From the NCBI GenBank assembly GCA_964057225.1, contig OZ059898.1:13206001-13270000 (forward strand): a stretch of DNA of 64,000 nucleotides. The letters are read 5' to 3'. A program made the position numbers and the translations under genes. This DNA comes from Auanema rhodensis (lineage: Eukaryota; Animalia; Nematoda). Below, piece after piece: positions 62,349-64,000 of the stretch (position 1 is the stretch's first letter; each line of letters begins with the position of its first letter). The notes under the pieces were generated by a model that saw nothing but the letters and a program-made list of their open reading frames with translations, made no database searches and was not told the origin of the DNA.

Positions 62349-64000
62349 ATCTAAACTTATGTATTCCTAGAATTTTCTTCTCGTGTTTGATCTTTTGTGT
62401 CTATTTTGAACTGCCATAAGCAGGACAATGAATGCTCATCGTGGTTGAAAAACAATTTGAATATCATTAGCGTGTTTCATCCAAGCTTTGTTCTTCACAA
62501 CAGCTTTCATTATTATATTATTTAATTTAATATATTAATATATATTGATTTTACTAGTTTTTAAAAAATAAAATTCGTGATGTAAATGAAATTCAGCTCA
62601 TGCTGACAACATGCTCTGGCAAGTCGGAATACAAATATACTTCAAAGGGCTGAAGAAGATAAAGCTAGTGAAAGATAAAATCCTTAAAAGCATATGCGTA
62701 TTGCTCATTTCGGAAAAACGATGAAGCTCTTTAATGCCAAACAGACAAAACAAAGTATGAATTCTCATGAACACAGTAATGGTGTTGCTGTTGCAGCAAA
62801 CAGCTGATGATGATGTTGATGATGATGAGCTGATGAGAATGAGCATGTACACAACACTGTCATAACGTCCATGTTCGCGTCTCAGAATGATAGTTGCAAA
62901 CTTCCATTTCCCCAACAAGACATTAGAAGAGTAACGCTCGTTTTCAATCTTTATAAAAGCCCCCTCAGTTTTCATATGTTGTATAGAAATTTTCAACAAT
63001 GTCGTCATATCGTCAACACGTTTGATGCACTTAGTCACATAATCTTTTTTCATTCATTCTTCCATTTTCACAGCAAAAATAGGAAGATAGAGAGATTCAA
63101 TAGGCTAATGATATGAAATAAGAGAGCATAGCAAGTAAGAAGCGATCGTCGATGGTAATATACGAGTTGTTTCAATCTGATGTCCTTTAGCCATATTGTC
63201 CTGAAAACGGACTACTCTTCCTCTTTTCTTTAGACCCCTCATAGACTCATATTGGTTTCTGAATAGTAGGTCAACTCACTTTCCAACAAAAAAAAGCAGA
63301 AGACGATAGTGGTGATGAAGTAAAATAGAAATTTTATTATTTCTTCCAATTCCAGAGAGAGAGGTTCATGGAAATTGCTTTTCATCGCACGTTCCTTCCA
63401 TTTAAATCAGTCCTTATGCATGTTTTCCTTGTTCTCACCATGCTCATCTCTTTTTAAATAGGTTGCAGGCTCTTGAATCAATGAGACCTTGCATCAATCG
63501 TCTTGTCGCTGATTATCGCCATCAAATTCAATTATGTGCCAAATTGTTTCCAACTTCAATCTGTTAAAGACGTTAGACGATCACGCCAGAAGAACTGCAA
63601 GTCCTCCATGTCCAGCGTACTGCTCACGTGTACGCTAGTCATGACTTCGAGCTTTCTGCTAACCTGCTGTTATATGATACTACACTATGCTGATGATGAC
63701 AAACCACAAACATAAGCCATCGAATGCCACGGCAGACGAAACTTTATTCTGTTTATGATATTCTATTATATCAATAGATCACCTGTTTCATCATCTCTTT
63801 CTCAGCTTTAGTTTAATAAATTTCGTAGCATTTTGCTACATTTCTTCCATCTATCCAAAATAATTCATCTTTCATATTAATAAAGTATTATTTTGGAGTA
63901 GATACATACGAGCTGTTCCAATTTCAACTTTCATATGGCGCTCTTCTTCAGTTACTTCTCATCTGCCTTACTTCTTCTCACTACTGTTCTTCATCATTTA

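Noticed and set aside
61780-64000. ORFs at 61866, 62598 and 63503 and a possible minus-strand exon near 61840-61935
   Set aside because: No recognisable protein and no consistent exon chain within the window.

Overview
This is eukaryotic DNA from a clade V (rhabditid) nematode. It is AT-rich, has many 40-55 nt GT-AG introns and TTTCAG-type acceptors, and is not C. elegans itself. The ORF track shows only exon fragments, so all genes were rebuilt by manual splicing. From left to right: a small chromodomain gene (-); the FLYWCH transcription factor peb-1 (-); a ~26 kb gene-poor region upstream of peb-1; an 86-aa secreted 10-cysteine peptide gene (+) bracketed by inverted repeats; a secreted ureidoglycolate-lyase-like cupin (-); a possible defensin-like pseudogene; an intact bestrophin (+); a 4.5 kb insertion with terminal inverted repeats carrying an intact srsx-type chemoreceptor and a broken trypsin-like protease, flanked by a near-identical 0.7 kb duplication of the last bestrophin exon; the pharyngeal myosin heavy chain myo-2 (-); and a LAMP-family gene (-). 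Three observations stand out. (1) A dispersed bipartite element (paired TTCACGTG boxes, then CGGTTG 33-55 bp away) occurs nine times, forms two inward-facing pairs, and contains the breakpoint of the recent duplication. (2) The insertion carries gene cargo. (3) peb-1 is physically linked to its classical target myo-2. Family assignments come from motif recognition and recalled sequences, not database searches.
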